This document shows positions 29,210-44,036 of a stretch of 64,000 nt of DNA, piece after piece (position 1 is the stretch's first letter; each line of letters starts with the position of its first letter). The stretch lies in NCBI RefSeq assembly GCF_009914755.1, contig NC_060946.1. The stretch is one strand, 5' to 3'. A program made the translations under genes and the position numbers. The DNA is from the human T2T-CHM13v2.0 reference genome, Homo sapiens. The notes below the pieces were generated by a model. It saw only the letters and a list, made by a program, of their open reading frames with translations, was not told where the DNA came from and searched no databases.

Positions 29210-31674
29210 TGAGAACGATATTCTCATCACAAATATATTTGCACAAATGCGCCCCCACACCTGTTTGTTGTCATTCGACTCGGTCATGCAGTAGGCAAAG
29301 ATAAATTGTTTGAACTTTATGTGGTCAGGCTATTTCTTTGATGGCTTCTGGGCTTTGTTTTATGATTTAGAAAGACCTGCATTCTTTGGAGTGGAGGAAT
29401 TAAATGGAATTAAAAGTGTCACATCCATGTTTCTGCAACGCCTTTTGTGGTCTGTTTTCCAGATCTACCACCGCTCGGAGCCCTGGAGCTGCTGGCGCAG
29501 CCCAAGGAGGTCCTGGAGGGGCACCCCGGCCTCCGCACCCCTGGGAAAGGTCCCCACCCCTCTGGAGCTTGGGCCCTGCTGGTACAGACCGGGAGTCCCG
29601 AGGGGAGTCGGTCCCCTTCCTGGCAGCCGTCCCTGGTGAGGAATGGAAGTCGCAGGGACTGCATGTAAAAATGTCCCAAGTACCCCTTCTCCTGCTGGGT
29701 TGCACCGTGCCTGGCGGTGGCCGCTGGGAACTCCAAGGCTGACACCCGCTATGGGTGCTGGACGCCCTCCGTCGCCCCGGGCCGAGAACACCACCTGAGG
29801 TGGATCTCTTGTTCTCGTAGCTGGGACCACAGGCGAAGCCACCGCGCCGGCCTCTGCACCCATTTCTTGTGCAGTCCTCTGACCCCGTGAGGTGGTCAGG
29901 GAGGATGGCCCGGGCCTCCTGGTCCTGGTTAGCACAGCAGGGCACTGCCAGGCTGGCTCACTGTCCATGGCAGGAGGGTGCAAGATGCAAGGCGGCAGAC
30001 GGGTGGCCCGTAGGTGGGAGGGGGAAGGCCCGTGGGCAGGGACTGGTCTGTGTAGCCCGGCTGGCTGTGCTCCACCTGCTCCAGCCACAGCCTGGAGCAC
30101 CTGGGCCCAGGTTCCTCCCCAACGCAGGCAGCCTCACCAAGGCCTCTGTGGACGTGCCCTCCCCACTGAACGCACAAGGTATCCTCTGCTCTCCCAAGTG
30201 AAGCGGGGTCAGGCCAGGATAGGAGGTGGACGGAAGAGCGCTTGGAAATACGGGGCCCTGTAGGCATCTTACTGCTCTTGACAGCCAGACCCTCTCTCTC
30301 CTCTTGCAGTAGGACTCGGCCCAGCACTCTCCAAATGCAGCCAGCCCCTCCACCCCAGCCCAGCACCATCCCTCCCACTCCCCCGGACTGTATGCAAACA
30401 CACTGGCACACAGCAGCTTCGGCCTCTTCAGCCAGCTGACCCAGAGAAGACCCGTCCACAGCACTGACCCACACCTCACTACTCCCTGACACCGTCCCAG
30501 ACCACACCCTCCTCCAACCCAGTCACTCAATTGGTGAGCAAAGATGGCCTGCTTTGCCCCAGGTCCTGCTCAAAACGCTTAGGAATCCATCAGAGAACAA
30601 AACAAACAGGGTTTCTGACTTCATGAAGCTTCCATTTTTGTGGAAGAAGACGGACAACAGAAGCTGTATTTATTAAACACTTACATAACATAGCACTGAC
30701 TCCATGGCAGGTGTTATGCTACGCATTTTATAAATACAAATTCATTTGATCCTCATGAAAATTCTGAGTTAGGTATTGTTCATATAAATAAGGAAACCAA
30801 GGCAAAGGGGTTAAACAATCCACCCAAAGCCACACGAGTAGCAAGTGGTGAAGCCACAACTCAACCCCAGGCAGCCTGGCTCCAGAGCCCAGGCCCTCCA
30901 CCTCTCAGTAAGCATGAGTGAGCAACACAGCATGCTAGAGGGTGAGTGCCCCGGAAAAATGGAGAGTAAAGCAGAGTAAAGGGAATCCGGAGCACGGAGG
31001 GAAGGAGACACACTGACATTTTAAACTGGGAGGCATGAGGATTCCCAGAGGAGCTGACATCTGAGCAAAGGCATGCAATGCAAGGGTTGAGGGAGTCTGC
31101 ATGCAATATTGCAGGAAAGAGTGTTTCAGGGAGGGGGAGTCTGTCCCACAGTCCTGAGGCAGGGTGTGCCTGGAGCATGGGAGGAAGGTCCCGACAGGGA
31201 TGGAACAGCACCTGCCTTTTGTGCAGCAGAATGCCCGAGCGTGCTGCGTGCCCGATTCCCTGCCTCCCTGGTGGGCCGTGCTGCTCTTTCAGTACTCACC
31301 TTGACTTCCAAAGTGAACAGTGAACTTAGAGAACAGAGCCCATGACCTCTACTCCCTCTGCTTGTCCCTGGTACTTTCAAGCTGATGTTTGCTGGATCTG
31401 TCTGCCTTGCCTTGTGGATTCCACAAAACTACAAGGTCCAGGAGGATGAGCAGGTCCTGCCAGGGAAGCTTCTGACACCTCTGTCACTGGTCCTCCTACA
31501 CTAGTGGTGAGCAGTAGCCTCTGCCTGGGGCGGGGAAGCAGCAGTAAGTAAAGGGCACTTGTATTCTGTATTTTCAAAGCCTGCCTGCCCAATTCTATAT
31601 TCAAATTTTATTCCCAGTAGGACCCTTTAAACTGGCAGGCAGCCAATTCCACCCTACTTGACAAATGGCAAAAC

Positions 31675-31732
31675 CACCCACCTCGGCCTCTCAAAGTGCT
31701 GGGATTACAGGCGTGAGCCACCGTGCCCAGCC
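31675..31732 (-). mobile_element. Alu 5'-end remnant (about 57 bp)
   Basis: cacccacctcggcctctcaaagtgctgggattacaggcgtgagccaccgtgcccagcc. Confidence 0.9.
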
Positions 31733-31735
31733 TCA

Positions 31736-32170
<435 letters not shown>

Positions 32171-32528
32171 TTACTTAAGTCACAGAGAATTTAGCTAAAC
32201 GCAGTGAGTCACCCACTTCACACAGAGAAAAATGCATCCCTCTACTCCTGTCTCATCACACGCAGAATGCCCAGATTTCTTTCCCATAGTTCCCCTTGAA
32301 CTATGCAGGCTACTCATAAGGAATTAAGAAATATGCATCAGACACTTCCCTATTTCTAGTTTCAGTCTTCAAAGTAGCCAAAAGAAAATGCCTTTTTGTC
32401 CTACATCAGAAATGGTAGGACACCTCTTTCCTCCCATTTATTTCCAAAGTAGATTACACCAATTTAATTCCATTTTATTTTCCAGAATAAGCATACAAAA
32501 AAATCCATCCTGGAAGAACCATTTTCAA

Positions 32529-32762
32529 CTGGGCGTGGTGGCTCACATCTGTAATTTCAATGCTTTGGGAGGCTGAGGCAGGAGAATCATTGAGACTAGG
32601 AGTTCGAGGCCAGCCTGGGCAACACAGAGAGACCCCATCTCTACTAAAAATAAAAGAAAAATTGGCCAGGCATAGGGGGGCAGCCACGGAGTCCAAACAG
32701 CTCCGCAGAATCTAAAACATTTACCTTCTGGCCTTTTACAGAAAAAAGTTTGCTGACTCCTC
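32529..32762 (+). mobile_element. Alu left arm fused to a MER58-like (hAT) end
   Basis: Alu left arm to about 32672, then ctaaaacatttaccttctggccttttacagaaaaaagtttgctgactcc. Confidence 0.7.
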
Positions 32763-35353
32763 CCCAGCTGATCTTGCTTGACTCAGTTCTCCCACCTCCA
32801 CAAGATTAACTGACCTAAAACTCGACTTCCACCGTCCCTCTGTGTTCAAACCCCCGACAGGTTCCCTGATGCCCATAAAGCCCACACTGTACCCTGACAT
32901 CCATTCGACCAGGAGAATAAACAAGAAAAGCCCTCAAGGACATGCCTTTGCTCATGCTGTTCTCTGCCTGTCAGGAAGCCCTTCCTGCCTTCCACCGCTA
33001 AGCCTGCCGCTGCTTACCTTGCCCTTGCAGTCAGGGCAAGGCTCTGGGAATGCTCCCGGCTCCCTCTGCTCTGCTCCCACAGCTCCCTATACTTACCCTC
33101 ATCACAGCTCTTACCACACAGCACTGAAATCATCTATTTGTGCGTCTGTCTCGCCAGCTGCAGCAAGATCCCAGAGGGCAAGGAACACATCTTACTTATC
33201 TCCCATCACCCATACAGAACCCAGTACAACAGCTCATCAACACTGAACGCAACCCCAGCCTGGCCAGGCTGGCCTCCTTGCTGCCCCTGAATACATGCTG
33301 CTCACGCTCAACTCTGAGCCTGCGCTCACCCCAGCACCCCCACATCTCACTTAAGACAATCCGACCATGGCCTGGGCACAGTTCAAATTGCATTTCCTCC
33401 CTAGGCCCACAGAAGTCAATAGGGTCGCAGGTTCAAACCCCCAGCTCCTCTCACCCATGTGCCGAGTGCCCTTGCACAAGATGCTTCTGTCTCTGGGTTC
33501 TCATCGTAAAGAGGGAATGACTCAGTATCCCCTAACTTGCAGGGCTGACAACGCATATAAAGCTTCTGAACCGACACTTGGCATATAATAGATTTTTAAG
33601 AACAGCACACTTGTTTTCCCCAATCACACTGTCTATGCCATCTGGGTGTTTCATCCCTTTTCTTCCCCGTAACTGTTGTGTATATTACCCTGGCTCTCCT
33701 GAGGCAGGTTTGTCATGAGCAGAGACATGGTCGCAGTACACTTCCATGAAGCTGCCCCTGCCCTAAAACCCAGGACAACACAACACGTGGAGGAAGGGAC
33801 CAACGGATACAACTTTAATAAATAAGTTATTTCAGGTTATTTAGGTTTAAAGAATTGCTAATAAAAAAAAATGCAAAGCCCCAGGGGATCAGGAGTGAGC
33901 TAGAGAGCAGGCTTTTGCAGATGTTTTCATACTGATGACAAAGGCAGTTAGAGAGCAGGAGCAAGTGGGATGAGGAGGGGACCAGCAAGATAGGAAAGAA
34001 CTCCCCCTTGGAGGTGGTACTGTTCATTCTCACCCATCCAAACACTGCAAAGAAACCTGTGCTGACTCACTGGACAGTCTGGACCCAGCATCCTCCCCTG
34101 AAGACTGTCTCTGGATGACAGGAAGCCCCAAGCCTCAGAATTCCATTCCAAGTTTCATGAGCACTAGTCAGTGACAGTACCAGCTGATGTGTGGGGTGCT
34201 CACTGGGTGCTTACCACATGCCTGGGAGGATTCTAAATGCTTACGACCATACAAGGTTAGGAGGACTGTTACGCCCTTCATTGCACAGATGAGGAAACTG
34301 AGTCTCGGGGGGGATAAGGAACACACTCCCGGTCACACACTCTAGTAACCGGTATAGTACAGCACAGTCTGGTTCCAGAGTCCAAGCTCTTAACCACAAC
34401 GCAGTTTGAGTGTCTTACTCTGATTTAGCTCCGCCATTTACCAGGTGAGAGATCTCAGGCAAGTCATCTAACCTCACTGCGCCTCATCTTTCAAGTGGGC
34501 CTCATATGGGTAACTTTCTAAGACTGTCATGAGGATTGAAGGCAATCATGCCATGACACATATTATGAAGCGGACTCCTGAGAAATCAGTTCCCTCCCAC
34601 TTTTCCCATATCCCAATATAAGTGAGGTTTTTAGCCAAACCCCTTGACCTCTTTTACTACTAGGAATGATCTACATGCCCTGCTGGATTTTCCTGCCTAC
34701 TGCCTATGCCTAAGCATTTGGACCTCATAAAAACTTACAAAAATGGCCTGGAGACAAGCAAGAAAGGAAAGCAACTGCACACAGAACTGAGTGGGGCAGC
34801 ACACCAGAGATGGCCCAGACGGCTCCTGGTGCGCAGATGAATACTGCATGAGCAGAGGTCGGGCCAGCCAGGCCCTGCCAGGACACGCCACAACTGACAG
34901 TCCGTGACAGCACCTAGATCCATGTACTGCACCAACAGGCCCAGATGACAGGCCTAGGAGGCTGTAGGCAGAGCCAGGAGCACCTGTGCCTCTGAGCCCA
35001 CATGAGTATAAGTGCTGTAGGGGGACAAAGAGGGGCAGGCAGGTTAATGTGACAGGCAGTCATTCCCACCAATGGTGGGATATCAGACTGCCTAAAATGT
35101 TGTCTATAGCAAGGTAACTGTTTAAATTCCTATAGAAGGAATTCTGTTGCAAAATTCCTTTACTGTGAAGAATTTAATTTCAAGCCAAGAAGTACAGATA
35201 CACACTAGTTTATCTTGAAGGTAAATCCACATTTCCATACATCAAGTTTGCTTGAAGGGTAAGAGATACCTTTAAGCCATGAACCCTTCCCCTGGGCTGG
35301 TGGTCATGCACAGAGGGAACCTGTCACTAGCAGCATGTAAAAGTGTCCTTCGG

Positions 35354-35664
<311 letters not shown>

Positions 35665-37330
35665 TTAGCAAGTCAGCTCCATTAATATAGCAGGGAGCAG
35701 AAGCCAGGTGTTTAACTCATTTCTAGAAGATGTAAGTAATTTCTATTTGAATGGACCTGATCAAACGGATCCAAAGGTCTTAGAAAATAAAAGGTTAAAA
35801 CCCAAGCAAAACGGTATCTCACTCATCATATCCAGTAGTAAGAAGTCCTATTAGGCCTTTTCCCACAATACATCAGCTTCCAAATACAGCACATGACAAA
35901 GAAATACTTCAGGAAGATGGAGGAATGGGGGGCTTGCTACCGTGCTGGCTGATGACATTATTACAAGGCTCCAACCAGCTCCGAGGCCGTGGTAGACACA
36001 GCACCGTGGTCCTACGGTTAGAAAGGAGCCCCAGAAGCAGCATGGACAATCTAATGCCCAAATCATGGATGAGGCGCCTCCATGCACAGGACTGCTCCCA
36101 TCCACCGTTGCTAGAGCACCTAGGAAAGGGCACAGACTGCAAAACCCTCCTCTAGGAAGGGCTGCCCAGTCCACCGGGGGCAGCTGTATCTCTCGATGAG
36201 TAGCTGGGCAAGGACAAGCACATTGAGAGCACCAGGTCCAAAGTGGTGACGGGCCCAAGGGCAGCCTGCAGGCAAGGGAAATGGTCCCAGCCTTTCCTGC
36301 AGCCAAAGTGCAGGGCTGGTCCTCAGGAAGGAGTTGCAAAATGATCCTGTTTGCAAAACACAAACATTCCACAAACAGCAGACACAGCGGGTAGGTAAGT
36401 TCTAGAAATTCTCAGTCTTAGGTGCAAGAAATAAACAAAACCAAATCAAGAAGAATATTTTACTAGTTAGCATAAATTTGCTTAGCACTCAATGTCCAGG
36501 GCTTCCTGGCCAGTTAAATCCAGGTTACTGCACTTTCATGGCTGACAATGCATCCAACCTCTTAGAAATATCAACCTCTTGCAGACGCAGGCTGTCTTAC
36601 CGCGTGGCACTGACATACAACAGGTGCTCAATAAATGTGCTGAAAAAAGTCAGTGTGTAAAGGATTCCTGAAGTAGGAATCCCCCCTGCTCCCTGAGGGT
36701 GGTTGAGGCTCAGGGGCTTGTTTGTGTCCCCACCCTACTACGCTAGGGCCTAGCACGGTGCTCACTACACCTGGAGGGCCCATTCAAGCTGCCACCTGTG
36801 AATTTCTTCCCTGCCTCATACTGTCTTTTTCTGCCCCACTCCTCTTCCTTTTGCTCCCTGAACATGTAATCTCATGGGATTTGGAGTCATTAGCTATGCA
36901 AATTATTGGGTTTATGGCCCTTTACCTCACTGGAACAACTTCCCTGCTGTAAAATGGGGTGAAAGGACCCTACCTGAAGACTAGAAATGATGTGTGCGCA
37001 GTCTGGCCACAGTAAGGGGAAGTGATCGCTGTTATGACTTGCTTATATAATTTTCCACAGGCCCCACTGTCTAAAGGAACTTAGAATACCAAAAGCAGAA
37101 AGTTTATTTGTTTTTCCTACCCCTGGCAAGGGTGGTTTTGAGAAAGCCTATCTGTTTTGGAAAGAAACTGACCCAAGCCCATGTCACTAGTTAAAATATT
37201 TCCTTTTTCCTTTTTCTCAGGGAAATGGATGACTGACTAGTCATGGCCAAACTGGGAAAAAGGTTCTGTTCCATAAGTTCATGTGCCAATTACACACAGC
37301 GATTAGGATTCCCAGATGGCTCGTTCTCTT

Positions 37331-37516
37331 TTTTTAAAATTTTACTTTAAGTTCCAGGATACATGTGCAGAACGTGCAGGTTTGTTACATAGGTATACGT
37401 GTGCCATGGTGGTTTGCTGCACCTGTCAACCTGTCATCTAGGTTTGAAGCCCCACATGCATTAGGTATTTGTCCTAATGCTCTCCCTCCACTTGCCTTCC
37501 TCCACCCCTGGCCCAG
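37331..37516 (-). mobile_element. 5'-truncated L1PA 3' end
   Basis: tactttaagttccaggatacatgtgcagaacgtgcagg... TSD gctcgttctctt / gctcattctctt. Confidence 0.9.
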
Positions 37517-38523
37517 CTCATTCTCTTAAAAGAATCACCCATAAAGGAGTTTAGCTGGCGCAATAATGGATCTGCTTGGGTTCCACAACTTGGGAATCAG
37601 AAGGAAGGGAAGGACTTCCTCACCTTTCCCAGGAACAGGGCTGCCCTCAGCACTCTCTGGATTCCCAAGGCACAGCCCCCAGGTTCCTGAACACACAGTG
37701 TCTTAAGTGCCCCCCGGGAAGCCCCCCTGCGCCCACACCCTCCTCCCAGTGCTTTAGAACTACCTCCTGACTCTGCCCCCTGAGAAACAGGCCAGGAATA
37801 TTTCAATGAATACGCCAATTAACCTCAATGCACCTCTCCTGGCACTTCAGAGAGAGAACTCAAGAGTGAAGAGAGGGAAATATGGAGGAGGGGTCTGAAG
37901 ACAGGAAGCGGTGACCCCCCAGGACGGAGGTAACCCCGTGGAATATGCCCAAGTCAGTTGCCCTCAACTGGTCTGTGACACCACAAGTCCAAAACCCAAT
38001 GCCTTCATCTAAATCCTGACGCCACCACTTGTTTTAGCCCTCTGTGCCCCACTTCCTAGTGTGAAAAGCAGGGATCATAACAGCACCCAGTCTGTCCGCT
38101 GTGGTGAGGACTCAGCGCGTTAAGACACGTGGGCACTCAGGACAGAGCGTGGCATGGCCAACGGTCTCTAAGCGTCTCTGCTGCTGCCATCACTGCTGTG
38201 CTCATCAGCGCCAGGTGCTGCTCTCCCACCTGTCCCTGTCCCACCACAGCCCGACAATTCTCAGCCACAAGGAGCTTTGGCAGTGGAGGCAGGGAGGAAT
38301 ATGGCTAGAACCTTTGTAAGCTGACTTTCTGTAGGCTGGGGACAGTCCACGCTAAAGGGTAGCTGCCATACCCCCGGGAGCTGCAGGTGCCAGGAGTGAG
38401 CACTCTGCATCTTCCCCCTGACCAAGCTGCTCCTCCTCTCTTCCCAAGCTTCCAACACTGGCACTGGCTTCCCAGGACCCATGCCACCTCCAGACTTCAA
38501 TTGGCAACAGAAAAAAGACAGGG

Positions 38524-38827
38524 GGCTGGGTGCAGTGGGCTGCCTGTAATCCCAGCACTTTGGGAGGCTAAGGCTGGAGAATCACTTGAGCCCAGCAGTT
38601 CAAGACCAGACTGGGCAACACAGAGAGAGTTTGTCTCTACACAAAATTTAAAAATTAGTCAGGTGTGGTGGTGTGGGCCTGTAGTCTCAGCTACTCAGGT
38701 GGCTGAGGTTGGGGAGATGGCCTGGGCCCGGGAGGTCAAGGTTGCAGTGAGCCGAGATCATGCCACTCTAGCCGGGAGGCCACAGAGCAAGACACTGTCT
38801 CCAAAAATAAATAAATAAATAAATAAA
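38524..38827 (+). mobile_element. AluJ
   Basis: Diverged Alu with (AAAT)n tail. Confidence 0.9.
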
Positions 38828-39262
38828 GAAGAATGGGCAGGAGAGAGGAGAAGGCTGGGACTAAGGTTTCATTTCGCCTTTAAATAGGAAAAGTCAATAA
38901 AAGCTACTAGTTAACCACGTGGCTGTGCTGTCCATCCCTCTCCTGCCAGAGTTAACCAGAGCGAATCTCCTGCCAGAGTTAACCAGACTAAATTATTCAG
39001 CAGATATACAATTCAACAGACACCTGCAGATGTGCCTAATGCAGGAAGACTCCTCACTAGATTCCCTCACACATAACACACGTGCACTCTGAGCTGGGCG
39101 CTAGAGAGACACGGCCTAACAGAACACGAAAAAGATACTGTTGTCCTTGCCAAGGTCCTCACTACTTAGCAGAAGCTCTTGCCCTTCCGCTTCCACCTTT
39201 CATCAAGTTATAAGCCAACAGTCTCACTTCTTCTCTCTTCTTTAATCTGATTTCTGTCTTCC

Positions 39263-39870
<608 letters not shown>

Positions 39871-39935
39871 TCTTTTTTAAAACTGTGGCAACCATCTCTC
39901 CTCTGTTGAACTCGCCAATGAGAAAAAGTCAATGG

Positions 39936-40210
39936 GGCCAGGCATGGTGGCTCACACCTGTAATCTCAGCAGTTTGAGAGGCTGAGGCGGGCAAATTGTT
40001 TGAGCCCAGGAGCTCAAGACCAGCCTAGGCAATGTGGCAAAACTCCATCTCTACAAAAAATGTAAAAAATTAGCCAGGCTTGGTGGTGCACGCCTGTAGT
40101 CTCAGCTACTCAGGCGGTCAAGGTTGCAGTGAACCATGATCACGCCACTGCACTCCAGCCTAGGTGGCAGAGTGAGATGCTGTCACAAAACAAAACAAAA
40201 CAAAACAAAA
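39936..40210 (+). mobile_element. AluJ with internal deletion
   Basis: Alu with (CAAAA)n tail. Confidence 0.88.
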
Positions 40211-40577
40211 GTAATCAACTGCAGGGTTTGGGGTGACAGTTTCCTGGTCATTCCTCCCAGTTTCTTGGTGTCTTTATAGCTAGAGATGGCTAAAGGCCAC
40301 CCGCAAGAAAACAACTGAGGCCCATGGGGGCAGGATGCTGTTCTCTCCACCGGAGCAACCCAACCACTTGGGTATCTGACACCACCCATCACCCCCCCAA
40401 CTCCAGGGGATCCGAGCTGAATTCTGAAGAGTGGAACCAAAGATGACAGAGTGCGTGGCTGGAGAGAGGGGGAAGTCCACAGAGTTTAGGTAAATTTCTG
40501 AACCACATCCCCACCACGCCCACAATGTACTGCATTGAAGTACACTGGAAGCTAAAGACCAAAAAGGAATCAGATTT

Positions 40578-40796
40578 TCAGCTCTGCCACCTAAAGCAGA
40601 AACTGAGGGCCTTATTCACCTTCAACTCTGCCACCTAAAGCAGAAACTGAGGGCCTTATTTACCTTCAACTCTGCCACCTAAAGCAGAAACTGAGGGCCT
40701 TATTTACCTTCAACTCTGCCACCTAAAGCAGAAACTGAGGGCCTTATTTACCTTCAACTCTGCCACCTAAAGCAGAAACTGAGGGCCTTATTCACC
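40578..40796 (+). repeat. Tandem repeat, 44-bp unit, about 5 copies
   Basis: ctctgccacctaaagcagaaactgagggccttatt(c/t)accttcaa at 40582, 40626, 40670, 40714 and 40758. Confidence 0.97.
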
Positions 40797-40970
40797 GCAC
40801 AGACTTTAGCCCAAGTGCCATGCCTCCAGTTTCACAGTTTCACCAGCAGCTCAAGCAAATGGCCTGGACACTAAAGATGGCCTCTGGGTCAGAGTATCAC
40901 TCATTTCCTCTGTCCACAAACCACTTTGATTCTCTTTGATTCTCTCTGTCCCTCATCTCCCCATCTAGTC

Positions 40971-41277
<307 letters not shown>

Positions 41278-41794
41278 CATCTGGTCTTATTAAATACTTC
41301 ATTCTCTGCAAATGCAGATGTTTTCTCAGCTCTGATTATTTTTTCTAAAGTAATGACCCTCCACCTGGCTAGACAAATGCTTCTAGCAAAGGAAAAGACC
41401 AGGGTGTGAAAACTGTACTGCAATAGAACATAAAGCCCGTCCAACCCCCACCTCCCATCAGACCTGGGGTGGTGGCAGCAGCAGGCATCGGGGCTCTCAG
41501 GCCTGCCCATTAGTCATCCCTAAGGCCTGTTAGCACACAGGTTAGGAGGAGCACACACTCTGGAATCAGAAAGCCCAGGATTGAGCCCAGCCCTGCTTTC
41601 AGTTAAGGCTTTGTCAGTCACTATCACTCCCTTGACCTAGGACCTCACAAAACCTTGTCATCTGTAAAACTGGGGATAATAAGTTCTACCTTGAGTGTTA
41701 TTGTGAGGAATAAATGAGGTAATGTCTATGCAGCACCTAGCACAGATTCCTGCAGATAAACACTCAATAAATGTTAACTATCATCCACTATCTA

Positions 41795-42237
<443 letters not shown>

Positions 42238-43136
42238 TCAACTTTATGGAGAAAAATTTACATTCAAGAAAATATGCCCATTTTAAGTGTCCAACTGGAT
42301 GAATTTTCAGAAATGTGTGCACCCGCATGACCACTTCTACAATCGTGATACAGAACATCTCCATAAACTTAAATCCCTGTAGCCCTTTGCTGGCAGTTCC
42401 CCCACCCACCCCCAGGAAACCCCTGATCTGCCCTCTGTCACTGTAGGCTAGTTTTGCCTTTTCCAGAATTTCATATAGAGGGAGTCATGCAGTATGTACT
42501 CTTTTGTAGCTAATGTTTTTGAGATTCGTTGGTGTTGCTGCATTGTTTTCTACTGCGGAATAGTATTCCCTTGTACAAATGTACCATAATTTGCTCATCT
42601 ACTCTTCTGTGGCTGGACTTTTCAGTTTGGCGCTAATATGAATCGTGGAGGCAGTTTTAGACCAAATTTAACTTAACAATACAATATGGAGTGATTAAGT
42701 CAAGCTAATGAACATACCTGTTACCTCACTTATTTGGCATTCTTTTATGGTGATACACCAAATTTCCTCTTATTTTGAAATATTCGTTATTATTGACTAC
42801 AGTCTCCTGCTGTGCAATAGACCTCAAAACTTTTTTCTCCTGCTTGGCTGAAACTTTGTACCTTTTGAAGACGAAGTCTCCATTCCCTTGTTCTACCACC
42901 TTGCCAGCTCTGGTAACCATCATTCTTCTACCTTCTACTTCTATGAATTCAGCTTTTTTTTTCTTTTTTTTTTTTTTTTTGAGATGTTGTCTCGCTCTGT
43001 CGCCCAGGCTGGAGTGCAGTGGCACAATCTCAACTCACTGCAACCTCCGTCTCCTGGGTTCAAGTGATTCTCCTGCCTCAAGTAGCTGGGATTACAGGAG
43101 CCCACCACCATGCCCAGCTAATATTTGTATTTTTAG

Positions 43137-43226
43137 TTGTTAAGGAGCTGGTTCCTGGGGCCATTTGTGGTGCAGGGTTTGTTGTTAAGGAGCTGGATCC
43201 TGGGGCCGCTTGTGGTGCAGGGTTTG
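43137..43226 (+). repeat. 45-bp tandem duplication
   Basis: ttgttaaggagctgg(t/a)tcctggggcc(at/gc)ttgtggtgcagggtttg at 43137 and 43182. Confidence 0.9.
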
Positions 43227-43832
43227 ATGGGGAAGACAGCCCCATCTTCCCCGCTTTTTTCTTCATCACTCTAAGTTTTATCAATTTTTTTATCTCTCTC
43301 CTTTCAGATCTGTCAGGTTTTGCTTCCTATATTTTTAATCCCTATTTTGGGGTACATATGCAGTTAAGATTGTTATATCTTCTTGATCACTTGCAATTGT
43401 AATTATAATTATGCAATGTCTGTCTTCATCTCTTAAATATTCTTGTTCTGAAGTCTGACTTGAGTAATATTAATATAGCCACTCCTGCTTTCTTACAATT
43501 TTAATATTTATATATACGTATCTATATTTCTAATCTTTTAATCTACCTGTGTCTGTATATTTTAAATGGATTTTTTGAAGATAACATCTAATTGAATCTT
43601 GCTTTTTTATTCAGACTGATAATCTATGCCATTTATATTTAATATAATTTTTATGACATTGAGTTTAAATCTGCCATCTTGTCATTTGTTTTCTTTTTGT
43701 CTCGTATATTCTTTTTTTCATTTTTCTTGCCTCTTTTGGGCTGTTTTTTGGTATTCCATGTTTTCTCCAACATTGGCTTATTAATTATACCTCTTTGGTT
43801 TTCTTCTGTTTTGGTTTAGTTATTGCTCTAGG

Positions 43833-44036
43833 GCAAGGGTCAGTAAACCTTTCCTGTAAAGAAACAGGTATCAAATATTTTAGGCTTTGGGAGCCATACT
43901 GTCTGTGTCACACCTCTGCTGTTGTAGCACAGAAGGAACTGTTACATAATGAGCTCAGATGTGTGCCAGTAAAACTTTATTACAAAAGCGGGCGGTGGGC
44001 CAGAATTGGCCCATGGGCTGGAGTTTGATGACCCCA
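43833..44036 (+). mobile_element. MER58-like hAT-Charlie MITE
   Basis: caagggtcagtaaacc...aaatattttaggctttg...aaaactttattacaaaa...gagtttgatgacccc. Confidence 0.8.

Noticed and set aside
38939-38987. 22-bp direct duplication (also short duplications at about 1365-1402 and 12479-12512)
   Set aside because: Ordinary slippage duplications with no supporting context.
40578-40796. Regular repeats superficially like a CRISPR array
   Set aside because: Head-to-tail units with no unique spacers, in eukaryotic DNA, with no cas genes.
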